Shown here: in pieces, positions 18,851 to 28,323 of the stretch | How positions within the stretch are numbered: position 1 is the first letter of the stretch | Layout of the letters: each line of letters starts with the position of its first letter | Assembly (NCBI GenBank): GCA_043813915.1 | Contig: JBDRKO010000026.1 | Location: forward strand, 155 to 64,154 | Length of the DNA: 64,000 nt | Direction of reading: 5' to 3' | From: Candidatus Omnitrophota bacterium | GTDB lineage: Bacteria > Omnitrophota > Gorgyraeia > Tantalellales > Tantalellaceae | The notes under the pieces: model-generated | Told to the model about the DNA's origin: nothing | What the model saw: only the letters and a program-made list of their open reading frames with translations | Databases searched by the model: none | Translations under genes and position numbers: made by a program

Positions 18851-21031
18851 ATGAAAAAGATCCTTGTTACGGGCGGCGCCGGATATCTCGGGTCGGTTCT
18901 CTGTCATAAACTTATCGATAAGGGATATTCCATAAGATGTTTTGACCGGCTTTATTTCGGAGATGGGTCCGTCAAGGACCTTTCTTCAACGGGACGTTTT
19001 GAGCTCATTAAAGGAAATATAGTCAACCTTAAGGATTTCCCTGAACTTCTTGACGACATAGATAGTGTGATACATCTGGCGGGCTTGGCTAACGATCCTA
19101 CCGCGGAACTTGATACGGAGCTGACCAGGATAACCAATCAGTATGCGTCGGTAGAACTGGCAAAAGAAGCAAAAAAGAAAGGGATATCCAAATTTATATT
19201 CGCGTCAAGCTGCAGCGTTTACGGAAAAGGCCTTTCGGAAGAGATAACGGAAGAGTCCCCGCTTAATCCCGTCTCGGTGTATGCCGAGTCCAAAGTGCTG
19301 GCAGAACAGGAGATAGCGCTTCTTAAGGACGAAAAGTTCCATCCGGTGTTTCTCCGGCAGGCGACACTTTTCGGCAGATCATACAGGATGCGTTTTGACC
19401 TTGCGATAAACCTCATGGTGGTGCATGCTCTTACCAAAAAGAAGATATTCGTATGGGGCGGCGGCGAACAGTGGCGGCCATTTCTGCACGTCGACGACGC
19501 GGCGGAGGCTTTTTTGGCCTGCCTTGAAGCCGAGACGAAAACGGTTTCAGGAAAAGTTTTCAATGTCGGAGATTCAAAAGTAAATTATAAGATAATCGAC
19601 CTGGCCAATTTTGTTAAGGACAGGATAAAAGGGACGGAGCTGGAAATAGTGCCGGACACCCCGGATAAACGCAGTTACAAGGTGCGTTTTGATAAGATAG
19701 GAAAGAGCCTTGGATGGTATCCGAAGATAAAGGTGGAAGACGGTATAAAAGAGCTCAGCGACTATCTGCTGGAAGGTAAGATAAAAGATTTTGACAGTCC
19801 CGAGTTCTATAATATCAAGACGATAATGAGTTTTATCGAAAAACCGGCGATAGAGGGAGGCGACCCGGTCAGGACCGAATTCCTTCCGTTCTCTCTTCCC
19901 CTGATAGGTAAAGAAGAAGAGGAAGAGGTTCTTGATACATTGAGGTCCGGATGGCTTACCACGGGTCCTAAAACAAAGAAACTGGAAGATGAGTTCAGCG
20001 GGTACCTGGGGGCAAAACATTCCATATGCGTCAGTTCCTGTACGGCCGCTCTTCATCTCGCGCTGGTCGCTTTGGGTATAAAAAAAGGAGACGAGGTCAT
20101 AACCTCGCCCATTACCTGGCCCGCTACCGCGAACGTTATTGTCCATACAGGCGCGGTCCCTGTTTTTGCGGACGTTGAACGCGATACGTTAAATATCGAT
20201 CCCGCCAAAATAGAAAAGAAAATAACAAAAAAGACCAAGGCGATAATCCCGGTACATATGGCAGGCCAGCCCTGTGACATGGATAAGATAAGCAGGATAG
20301 CTAAAAAACACGGTCTGTTCGTGATAGAGGACGCGGCTCACGCGATAGGAGCCGAATATAACGGCAGTAAGATAGGGGTGGTAAGCGACATGACCTGTTT
20401 CAGTTTCTATCCGATAAAGAACATGACCACCATAGAAGGAGGGCTCATAACCACGAACAATGACGGCTGGGCGGAAAATATGCGCGTTAACAGTCTGCAC
20501 GGCATAGATAAGGATGCGTGGAAGAGGTACACAAATACGGAGTTCAAACATCATGAGGTTGTCTATCCGGGGTTCAAATACAATATGAGCGATATTCAGG
20601 CATCCATGGGGCTTGCTCAGCTCAGGAAACTGGACGGATTTATCGGCAGAAGAAAAGAGATCACAAGCATATATAACGACTCGTTCAGGTCTTTTGAAGA
20701 GATAATACTGCCGGTATCAAAAGGGAACATCAAACACGCTCATCATCTTTATGTGATCATTCTCGATACTGACAGACTTAAAGTAGGCAGAGATAAGATC
20801 ATACAAACACTGAACAAAGAGAATATCGGCACGGGGCTCCATTTCAGGTCTTTACATGTGCAGGAGTATTATAAAAAGACCTTTGCGTATAAGCCGGAAG
20901 ACTTGCCCGAAGCGGCGTTCCTGAGCGACAGGATAATATCTCTGCCGCTTTACCCGAAGATGGATCAATATGATGTTGATTCGGTAATAAGGGCCGTCAG
21001 AAAAGCGATCATTTATTATAAAGCGGCGTAA
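18851..21031 (+). CDS. Bifunctional fusion: N-terminal extended SDR epimerase/dehydratase (~330 aa) + C-terminal DegT-family PLP aminotransferase (~390 aa)
   Basis: N-terminus ILVTGGAGYLGSVL...YAESK...RPFLHVDD. C-terminus EEEEVLDTLRSGWLTTGPK...CVSSCTAALHLAL...PxHMAG...CFSFYPxKN (DegT motifs). The SDR half is paralogous to 39037-40449. Confidence 0.65.
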   Translation: MKKILVTGGAGYLGSVLCHKLIDKGYSIRCFDRLYFGDGSVKDLSSTGRFELIKGNIVNLKDFPELLDDIDSVIHLAGLANDPTAELDTELTRITNQYASVELAKEAKKKGISKFIFASSCSVYGKGLSEEITEESPLNPVSVYAESKVLAEQEIALLKDEKFHPVFLRQATLFGRSYRMRFDLAINLMVVHALTKKKIFVWGGGEQWRPFLHVDDAAEAFLACLEAETKTVSGKVFNVGDSKVNYKIIDLANFVKDRIKGTELEIVPDTPDKRSYKVRFDKIGKSLGWYPKIKVEDGIKELSDYLLEGKIKDFDSPEFYNIKTIMSFIEKPAIEGGDPVRTEFLPFSLPLIGKEEEEEVLDTLRSGWLTTGPKTKKLEDEFSGYLGAKHSICVSSCTAALHLALVALGIKKGDEVITSPITWPATANVIVHTGAVPVFADVERDTLNIDPAKIEKKITKKTKAIIPVHMAGQPCDMDKISRIAKKHGLFVIEDAAHAIGAEYNGSKIGVVSDMTCFSFYPIKNMTTIEGGLITTNNDGWAENMRVNSLHGIDKDAWKRYTNTEFKHHEVVYPGFKYNMSDIQASMGLAQLRKLDGFIGRRKEITSIYNDSFRSFEEIILPVSKGNIKHAHHLYVIILDTDRLKVGRDKIIQTLNKENIGTGLHFRSLHVQEYYKKTFAYKPEDLPEAAFLSDRIISLPLYPKMDQYDVDSVIRAVRKAIIYYKAA

Positions 21032-21130
21032 CGGATACCGGCATGTAGCTGGCTGTAATAACAGATGACGGCAGTATCGACGGGATTGTCTCGCGGGTAC
21101 CGCAAAGTGAATTAGCTTCGGAAGGAAGTC

Positions 21131-22849
21131 ATGAGAAATATCGAACGCACTAGGACCATTCTGTTTTTCATACTGATAGCGGCTTTTGTCGTCCGGTTAA
21201 CCGGCGTAAATTTCGGCCTGCCGTTCCTTTATCATAACGATGAGCCTATAATCGTCAATTACGCTCTTGCTTACGGCGCGGGCGACCTGAACCCTCATTT
21301 TTTCAAGATACCGCCTTTTTTGTCATATATACTTTTCTTTCTTTACGGTGTGTTCTATCTCCTGGGCAGAGTAACGGGTCTTTTCGGCGGAGTTAATGAT
21401 TTCGGTTATTTTTTTCTGAACGACGTCAGCGTTTTTTATCTTATAGGAAGGATAGCCTCGGGCGTTGTTTTGGGCACGGCATCGGTCTATCTTATGTATG
21501 TTCTAGGTAAACGCGTATTTTCGAGGCCGGCGGGTCTTATAGCCGCGCTGTTTCTGGCATTCAATTTTCTGCATGTCCGGGACTCGCATTACATATACCT
21601 CGATGTGCCGCTTGTATTTTTCACGACCCTTTATTTTATAGTTCTCGGCACGCTTTACAAAAAAGACCGTCCGCGCGATTACATGATATCGGGATTTGTT
21701 ATGGCCCTGGCTGTGTCGATGAAATATAACGGCATATTAATGGCCGTTCCGACCGTTCTTATTATGGCGAGAGCCCTGATAAGGGCCCGCAAAGAGATAC
21801 CGGTCCTGCTTAAAAAATACGGGTTATATATTTCTTTTTTCGTTCTGGGACTCTTCCTTACAAATCCTTTCATGTTCCTGGACTGGAAATTCTTTTTTGC
21901 CAGGACCGCCAACATGCCTTTTACGGGCTCCGATCCCTGGTATCATATAAGGATATCGCTTTTGGGAAGTTGCGGGATATATATGTGTATAGCGGCGGTT
22001 ATAGGCATGATAACGGCTTTCATAAAGAAAAAGGATATTTTTACAGTATCCCTTGTATGTTTTACGGCAGCATATTATTTTATTCTCACAAGGGCAAGTC
22101 AGCCTGCGGAAAGATATATTTTTCCCATATTACCGATAGTCCTTTTGTTTTCAGCGTATTTAGTAACGGTGCTTTCGGACTTGACCAGCGACAGGCGGAT
22201 TAAAACAACGGTCTTAGTTTTTTGCTGTCTCTTGTTCATGGTACCGTCCGGTCTAAGAATATATCATAGCGAGAGGCTCTTCCTGGCGGAGGATACCCGG
22301 ACACAGTGTTATGACTGGATAACGAAGAACATCGCCTATGGCAGCGCGATAGCTCTTGACGCTACCGGGCCTGTATTTCCTCGGCTTAAGCAGACAAAAG
22401 AACTTGTGGAAGAAAGTTTCAGTAATTTCAACAACCCCAAGTTCGCGACCCCCGAAGGGTCCATGAGCTATAAGGTCAAACTTCTGCTTTCGAACCCCGA
22501 TTACCCGGAAGATACATATCGGATACTTTACCTGCGCAAGAAGATATCGAGAAAGAACCGTTTTCTCGGTCTTTACCCCGAATCGCTCCTTGATATGGAT
22601 GAATTGAGAAGGCAGGGAATAGAGTACGTGGTCGCGCACAATATTCTGCTGAGTTCTTACTATAAGGATTTTCTGGAACAGCTGGAGGAAGGCTCTGTCC
22701 TGGTAAAAGAGTTCTCTCCATATAAACCCGGACGCGGGAGGATAAAACCGCTGGAAGAATCTTCTCTGGCGGCCGCTCCTTTTTCTTTCAGGGAACTTTC
22801 GGACCGTGAAAGGCCGGGGCCTGTTCTCAGGATATATCGGTTGAGGTGA
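21131..22849 (+). CDS. GT-C membrane glycosyltransferase, PMT_2/ArnT-like
   Basis: FFILIAAFVVRLTGVNFGLPFLYHNDEP and multiple TM helices; 572 aa with a C-terminal soluble region. Confidence 0.5.
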   Translation: MRNIERTRTILFFILIAAFVVRLTGVNFGLPFLYHNDEPIIVNYALAYGAGDLNPHFFKIPPFLSYILFFLYGVFYLLGRVTGLFGGVNDFGYFFLNDVSVFYLIGRIASGVVLGTASVYLMYVLGKRVFSRPAGLIAALFLAFNFLHVRDSHYIYLDVPLVFFTTLYFIVLGTLYKKDRPRDYMISGFVMALAVSMKYNGILMAVPTVLIMARALIRARKEIPVLLKKYGLYISFFVLGLFLTNPFMFLDWKFFFARTANMPFTGSDPWYHIRISLLGSCGIYMCIAAVIGMITAFIKKKDIFTVSLVCFTAAYYFILTRASQPAERYIFPILPIVLLFSAYLVTVLSDLTSDRRIKTTVLVFCCLLFMVPSGLRIYHSERLFLAEDTRTQCYDWITKNIAYGSAIALDATGPVFPRLKQTKELVEESFSNFNNPKFATPEGSMSYKVKLLLSNPDYPEDTYRILYLRKKISRKNRFLGLYPESLLDMDELRRQGIEYVVAHNILLSSYYKDFLEQLEEGSVLVKEFSPYKPGRGRIKPLEESSLAAAPFSFRELSDRERPGPVLRIYRLR

Positions 22850-22853
22850 AAAA

Positions 22854-23606
22854 ATGGACCATTCGGTCGTAGTTCCGGTGTATAACGAGCAAGAGTCGAT
22901 AAGAGCTTTATACGATCGGCTGAAACATGTTATGGAAAAGATGGCTTCCGATTATGAAATCGTATTCGTTGACGATGGTTCGGGAGACGCTTCTTTTAAC
23001 GTATTGAAAAAAATAGCTTCCGGTGACGGTAAAGTGAAAATTCTGAGTTTTTCCCGTAATTTCGGACAGCATCCGGCCGTAATAGCCGGGTTTGAAGCGG
23101 CTTCGGGAGAGATGATACTGACGCTTGACGCTGATCTTCAGAACCCGCCGGAAGAAATACCGCGTCTTATCGAGGCAATGCGCGGCGGGCATGATATGGT
23201 AAGCGGGATCCGCTCGGCCAGGCAGGATACCGCTTTTCGCAGGTCCGGTTCTTTTTTCACTGTTATGTTCCTGAATATACTTAGCGGGAGTAACGTCAGG
23301 GACTATGGGACCATGCTGCGCGCTTTCCGGAAAGATTTCGCTAAGACCCTGGCGGAGCGTTACCGAAAAGAAAGGCTGTATATACCGGTACTTGTCAATA
23401 AACTTACGAAAAATATTCTTGAAGTGGAAGCCGGGCATGAAACCCGTTTCTCCGGAAGCTCCAAGTACGGTATGCTTAAGCTCATAAAGACTTTCATCTC
23501 GATATTCATCAGGTGGCATCATAAATTATCGCTTTTTCTGCAGTCCGTTCACATGATGAAAAAAGACGGGATACTTTATGAAATCGAGGAGAAGATAAAT
23601 CTTTGA
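22854..23606 (+). CDS. GT2 UndP-sugar synthase, GtrB/ArnC-like
   Basis: VVPVYNEQESI, FVDDGSGDAS, FSRNFGQHPA (characteristic GtrB/ArnC/DPM motif). Confidence 0.7.
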   Translation: MDHSVVVPVYNEQESIRALYDRLKHVMEKMASDYEIVFVDDGSGDASFNVLKKIASGDGKVKILSFSRNFGQHPAVIAGFEAASGEMILTLDADLQNPPEEIPRLIEAMRGGHDMVSGIRSARQDTAFRRSGSFFTVMFLNILSGSNVRDYGTMLRAFRKDFAKTLAERYRKERLYIPVLVNKLTKNILEVEAGHETRFSGSSKYGMLKLIKTFISIFIRWHHKLSLFLQSVHMMKKDGILYEIEEKINL

Positions 23607-24349
23607 AGATATCCATACGAAGCAATAAATGGGATAGTTCCTTTTTCGGGAAAAAGATCGGCAGAATGACCTGCGCGGGCCCTGCGAAGCCGTCTCGTAT
23701 TTTTTTCGCGGAACTGCTGGAGACAGCCATAAGAAGGGCCGCTTTGTTGAAATTTAACTACCTTATCTTCACCGTATCGGAAGGTCACGTTTTTTCTGTA
23801 AACACTTTAAAAGAAAAAGGGTTTACCCTGGGAGGATCGTCTGTTGACAGTAAGTTACGTCTCAAAAAAACGCCGGAAAGAACAAGAGGTCCCAGGTACG
23901 ATATCGCCGAAGCCGGGAAAAGGGACATGCGTGAAGCCGAAAAAATATCCGGATATTCTTTTAGAAAAAGCAGATTGTATAATATCGAGTTCGCATCCGG
24001 GAAAAAAGTCGATCGTTATCATGCGTTATGGGTAAGGAACCTGCATGAGAACGAGAATTCGGTTGTTCTCCTCGCGAAAGACAAAAATAAGATATATGGA
24101 TTTCTGGCCGGCACGATCGATATCAGGAACAGAACATCGAGGATAATACTCATGGCGAGTGCTCGGGGCAAACGGAGCAGAGGAGCGGGAAGCGACCTTA
24201 TGCGCGGTTTTCTTGAATGGAGCAGAGAGAGGGGCGTTAACACCGTGTACGTTAAAACCCAGAAAGAGAACGAGGGGGCTCTGAGATTCTATAAAAAACA
24301 CGGATTCAAGATCTGTTCACGGGAAGAACACTATCATATACATCTATGA
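23603..24349 (+). CDS. GNAT-family N-acetyltransferase (WecD-like amino-sugar N-acetyltransferase candidate)
   Basis: C-terminal GNAT motifs (KIYGFLAG..., RGKRSRGAGSDLM, GALRFYKKHGFK) with an N-terminal non-GNAT extension; 248 aa. Confidence 0.5.
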   Translation: MKISIRSNKWDSSFFGKKIGRMTCAGPAKPSRIFFAELLETAIRRAALLKFNYLIFTVSEGHVFSVNTLKEKGFTLGGSSVDSKLRLKKTPERTRGPRYDIAEAGKRDMREAEKISGYSFRKSRLYNIEFASGKKVDRYHALWVRNLHENENSVVLLAKDKNKIYGFLAGTIDIRNRTSRIILMASARGKRSRGAGSDLMRGFLEWSRERGVNTVYVKTQKENEGALRFYKKHGFKICSREEHYHIHL

Positions 24350-26016
24350 AAAAGATCATACTGAGCATACTCATAATGCTGTTCGTCTTCTTATGCCTGG
24401 GGACAATGAACAGCACTTCGCCTATCTGTGACGAAGTAGCGCACCATCTGGCGAACGGTTATTCTTATGTGAAGACCGGTGATTTCCGCATGAACCCTTC
24501 CTCGCCGGCCCTTTCAAGAAGCTTAATAGGCTTACCTATGCTTTTCATGGGCCTCAAACTGCCCACAGATCATGTTTCCTGGAAGGAGAACGATAGTCCC
24601 ACTTTCGGCAGACTGTTCCTGTATGAATATAACGACGATCCTGAAAAAATAGTTTTTTGGGGCCGTGTCCCCGTGATGATCCAATCGGTATTTCTTTGTT
24701 TGTTGATATACGCGTGGGGCAAACGTATATACGGCACGAACGCGGCGCTTTTTTCCGTCTTTTTATATCTATTCTCACCGGCAGTTCTCGGCAACTCATG
24801 TCTCGCTATGACGGATATTTCCGGAAGTCTGTTCATATTTCTATCGGTTTATCAGTTCTGGAGATATTTGAAGAAAAAGACGATTCCGACCATGATCCTG
24901 GCGGGGGTTTGTCTTGGTCTGGCCCAATCCGCTAAACATACGGCTGTAGTACTGGTTCCTATGTTCGTTATCCTAGGGATCATAGATGCCGCGTCGTCAA
25001 AAAACCTGAGGGAAAATTTACTTCAATTTACAAAAGACATGATCTTTATCTGCCTGGCGGCTTTTTTCGCGTTATGGGCTACATACTTTTTTGAGTTTAA
25101 ACCGCTCCTTTTGAACGCGCCTGATGTCGGGGAGAAAGTACAATACATAAAAAAAGCACTGGCTTTTATTCCGTTATTGAACAAAGAACATATTGCCGGC
25201 TGGTGCATCTATTTCGCGAAGAATGTTCCTATACCGCTGAGCTCTTTCCTCGTATCCCTTCTGGGAGTATTACACCAAGGTACGATAGGGCAGGGTGTTT
25301 TCTTTTTCGGAGAGAATATTACAGGTGGATCAAGGATCTACTATGTTGTGGATTATCTTATCAAAGCACCGCTCCCAATTTTGATCTTTATAGCAACCGC
25401 TATTTCGCTTTCGATAGCGAAGAAGAAAACAAAGACAGACCTTATTACTATCAGCTGTATGGTCCTTCCTATAATAGTGATCTTTGGCTTTTCATCAGCA
25501 TCCAAAGTCCAGGGAGGCATACGGTACTTGTTGCCGATGTATCCGTTCCTCTTTATGTGGGTCGGAGATATCATTAACGTTAAATTCACGGCAAATAAGA
25601 AGATGTTCTATAGGACTATTCTGGGGGTTCTATGCATATGGCAGTTATGGATAGTAATGGCCGCGTATCCTGATTATTTATGTTATTTCAACGAATCTGT
25701 CGGTGGTCTTGACGGTACGGCTAACGGTATAACGCACGATAGCGATTGGGGGCAGGATCTTAAAGCTCTCGGCAGGTATGTTAAAGAGAATGATGTAGAG
25801 GAGACAGTTCTTACGTATTTTGGGACAGCCGATCCTGATCTTTACGGTATTAAATACCGGCTCATGCAGCCTGATGAGAAGGAAACGCCGCGCAGAGAAG
25901 TATACGCGGTAAGCGTGCGGTACATAACAGCCGCGGAATGGACGAAAAAATATGAACCCACGGCGAAAGCCGGATATTCGATATTTATTTACGATTTCAG
26001 GGAACGGTCAGAATGA
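24346..26016 (+). CDS. GT-C membrane glycosyltransferase, PMT_2/GT39/ArnT-like
   Basis: Loop-1 DE motif (SPICDEVAHHLANGYSY), then ~11 TM helices and a C-terminal soluble domain; 556 aa. Confidence 0.55.
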   Translation: MKKIILSILIMLFVFLCLGTMNSTSPICDEVAHHLANGYSYVKTGDFRMNPSSPALSRSLIGLPMLFMGLKLPTDHVSWKENDSPTFGRLFLYEYNDDPEKIVFWGRVPVMIQSVFLCLLIYAWGKRIYGTNAALFSVFLYLFSPAVLGNSCLAMTDISGSLFIFLSVYQFWRYLKKKTIPTMILAGVCLGLAQSAKHTAVVLVPMFVILGIIDAASSKNLRENLLQFTKDMIFICLAAFFALWATYFFEFKPLLLNAPDVGEKVQYIKKALAFIPLLNKEHIAGWCIYFAKNVPIPLSSFLVSLLGVLHQGTIGQGVFFFGENITGGSRIYYVVDYLIKAPLPILIFIATAISLSIAKKKTKTDLITISCMVLPIIVIFGFSSASKVQGGIRYLLPMYPFLFMWVGDIINVKFTANKKMFYRTILGVLCIWQLWIVMAAYPDYLCYFNESVGGLDGTANGITHDSDWGQDLKALGRYVKENDVEETVLTYFGTADPDLYGIKYRLMQPDEKETPRREVYAVSVRYITAAEWTKKYEPTAKAGYSIFIYDFRERSE

Positions 26017-28220
26017 GGGATATTTTTAAAAAACACGGATTATTCATATCGATATTTTCTTTTTCGGTAGTCATTTTTCTGGCAGGTATCGTTTTTCTGA
26101 GAAAAGGTTTCTTGACCGGAGACAATATCAGCCAGGCATACCCCTGGCTCAAGGTTTATTCGGAATTCTTAAAAGACGGTAGTTTCCCGTATTGGGTAAA
26201 AGATATACACTGCGGGTTTCCGCTTATGGGAGAAGGGCAGGTAGGAGGGTTCTATCCGCTGAATATCCTGTTCTTTTATGTTCTTCCGTTCCGTCCGGCG
26301 TATAACTTTATAATAATTTTCCATTACATGCTTCTGGGGACTTTTACCTACCTCTTTACGCGGAAGCTGGGCGCGGATGAATGGGGCGGAACCCTTGCGG
26401 CTATTATACTCTGTTTCGGTGAAACTTTAGCTAATCTCGGATATCACGTGGCCATGCTGCGCGCGCTTACGTGGTTCCCGCTGGTCCTCCTTTTGTTCGA
26501 GCATTATCTGGAAAAAGGGCGCCTCAGGTATATGGTCATAGCCGCGTTGGCGGCTGGAACGCAGCTTCTTTCCGGTTCGGTGCAGATGGCTTCTTACAGC
26601 ATGATATGTTATTTTTTCTATCTATCATACGCCGCACGTATCAGAAAAAGACCCCTTTTAAAGACGTACGTTTCTTTTGCGGGTTTCGCCGCAATAGCCG
26701 CTATCATGTTCCTTCCTCAGCTTCTGTTGACACTTAAGGTCTTGAAATATTCGGGCAGGCTCGCCTCGCTTGATTTTTCGTTATGGGGCTCTCTTAATCC
26801 GTTATCTTTCCTGACCACGGTCTTTCCCTGGCCGGCTAGGGCACACGGGCAGATAGCGACCGAGGGGATGTTCCTCGGAGTGCTGTCTATACTGTTCCTG
26901 ATCGTCTCGGTCCGCCTGCTGAAAGAAAAAAAAGAAATAAGGCCGCTTGTCCTTATAGCGGCCGTGTCGGTCTTTGCGGCTCTCGGCTGGTTCAATCCCT
27001 TTTATGTGCTGGCGCTTAAAGTCTCAAAATTCTATTTTTTCAGAGGAGGCGCCAGATTTATCTTTTTCGGTCTGTTCAGCGCTTCTGTCCTGGCCGGCAT
27101 AGGTTTTTCGCGTTTCTTTTCCCAAAGACATTCTGATCGTTTAAAACAGATAAAGTCTTTTTATCGATTTATCCTTTTTTGCGCTGTTATGATAGGAGGT
27201 TCTGTTTTAACTCTTATTTACGCTAAGCCGTGGATAATAAAGACCGGACATAAATTCGTCGATATGTTCATAGCGGGTATGCCATACCACCGGCGCAGTC
27301 TTGAAGAATATTATTTGAGAGTTGAAAATGTTTATCAGGGACTCTTGAGCAGTAAGGCTCTGACAAGTTCTCATATGCTGCTAGCCGCATTATTCGTGGT
27401 AAGCGCGGTGATCTATTGCGCTATAGCAAAAAAATATCTTACAGATAACAATTCTAAAAAATACAAACTCTATGCAAAAAGCGCGGCGATCATGTTGATC
27501 CTCGCCAACCTGTACGCGTATAAATATTTTCCGGGAGGAATAAATGATAACTTAGCGGGCTATAATATCTCCGAGAAGCCGGCTTCTGTCATTTACGGAA
27601 AAATAAAGGAAGATAAGGATGAATTTCGCGTTGCTCCTTATGGTATACGTTCAGGGAAACTGCCTTTCTGGATAATGCCCAATATGAACATGATCTACGG
27701 GGTCGACTCGATAGGTGTTTATTCTCCGCTTTCCGGGGAGGGTTACAAAAAAGCTCTTGAAAAAGTTCAGATGGTGGATGATTCGGTAGGGCTTTTGGAT
27801 CCAAAAGAGGGGGCACTTGATGCGGATACTTTATCTCTTCTCGGGCAGATGAATGTCAAATATCTTATGGCACCCGAGGCCGTAAATGATCCCATGTTGG
27901 CAGAAGTCTCCCGCGAAAACGGAGTATACCTTTACCGGTTGAAGGATTTTCTCGGTAAAGGGTTTTTTAGCGCCGACCTGAATGCTTCGTCAGTATCCGG
28001 TGAGGGGATAAAAGTGGTCGAATATTCATCCGGATACGCCGAATTAGAGGTAGATCTTGCTTCCGGTGGTTATATTGTATTCTCCGAATGGTTCTTCCCG
28101 GGTTGGACCGCCCGGATAGACGGGAAGAACGTCAAAATAGAGCCTTTCAAGAGTGTGCTTCAAGCCGTGCGTTGCTCCAAAGGAAAGCACAGGATAGTTT
28201 TCACATACCGACCATTTTAA
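26013..28220 (+). CDS. Large polytopic membrane protein, YfhO-like (GT-C-type lipid-linked sugar transferase candidate)
   Basis: 735 aa, about 13 TM helices, N-terminal QAYPWLKVYSEF...GFPLMGEGQVGGFYPLN region and a large C-terminal extracytoplasmic domain. Confidence 0.4.
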   Translation: MRDIFKKHGLFISIFSFSVVIFLAGIVFLRKGFLTGDNISQAYPWLKVYSEFLKDGSFPYWVKDIHCGFPLMGEGQVGGFYPLNILFFYVLPFRPAYNFIIIFHYMLLGTFTYLFTRKLGADEWGGTLAAIILCFGETLANLGYHVAMLRALTWFPLVLLLFEHYLEKGRLRYMVIAALAAGTQLLSGSVQMASYSMICYFFYLSYAARIRKRPLLKTYVSFAGFAAIAAIMFLPQLLLTLKVLKYSGRLASLDFSLWGSLNPLSFLTTVFPWPARAHGQIATEGMFLGVLSILFLIVSVRLLKEKKEIRPLVLIAAVSVFAALGWFNPFYVLALKVSKFYFFRGGARFIFFGLFSASVLAGIGFSRFFSQRHSDRLKQIKSFYRFILFCAVMIGGSVLTLIYAKPWIIKTGHKFVDMFIAGMPYHRRSLEEYYLRVENVYQGLLSSKALTSSHMLLAALFVVSAVIYCAIAKKYLTDNNSKKYKLYAKSAAIMLILANLYAYKYFPGGINDNLAGYNISEKPASVIYGKIKEDKDEFRVAPYGIRSGKLPFWIMPNMNMIYGVDSIGVYSPLSGEGYKKALEKVQMVDDSVGLLDPKEGALDADTLSLLGQMNVKYLMAPEAVNDPMLAEVSRENGVYLYRLKDFLGKGFFSADLNASSVSGEGIKVVEYSSGYAELEVDLASGGYIVFSEWFFPGWTARIDGKNVKIEPFKSVLQAVRCSKGKHRIVFTYRPF

Positions 28221-28277
28221 TAAACAATACAGCTCACTTTCTATTCTCTAAACATTAGTGAATACATATGATAGCTA

Positions 28278-28305
28278 TTGACATTTTATGACCATCACCT
28301 ATAAT
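28278..28305 (+). promoter_or_regulatory. Consensus sigma70-type promoter in front of the 28324-38601 operon
   Basis: TTGACA (28278-28283), 16-nt spacer, TATAAT (28300-28305). An SD AAGGGGG follows 5-8 nt before the ATG at 28324. Confidence 0.5.
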
Positions 28306-28323
28306 AACAAAAAAGGGGGCCAA

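Noticed and set aside
19574-20146. 190-aa minus-strand ORF inside the SDR-aminotransferase fusion gene
   Set aside because: Antisense to a region containing clear DegT motifs on the + strand; the translation has no recognisable fold signature.
22908-23522. 204-aa minus-strand ORF opposite the GtrB-like GT2
   Set aside because: The + strand product carries the diagnostic FSRNFGQHPA motif; the antisense ORF is spurious.
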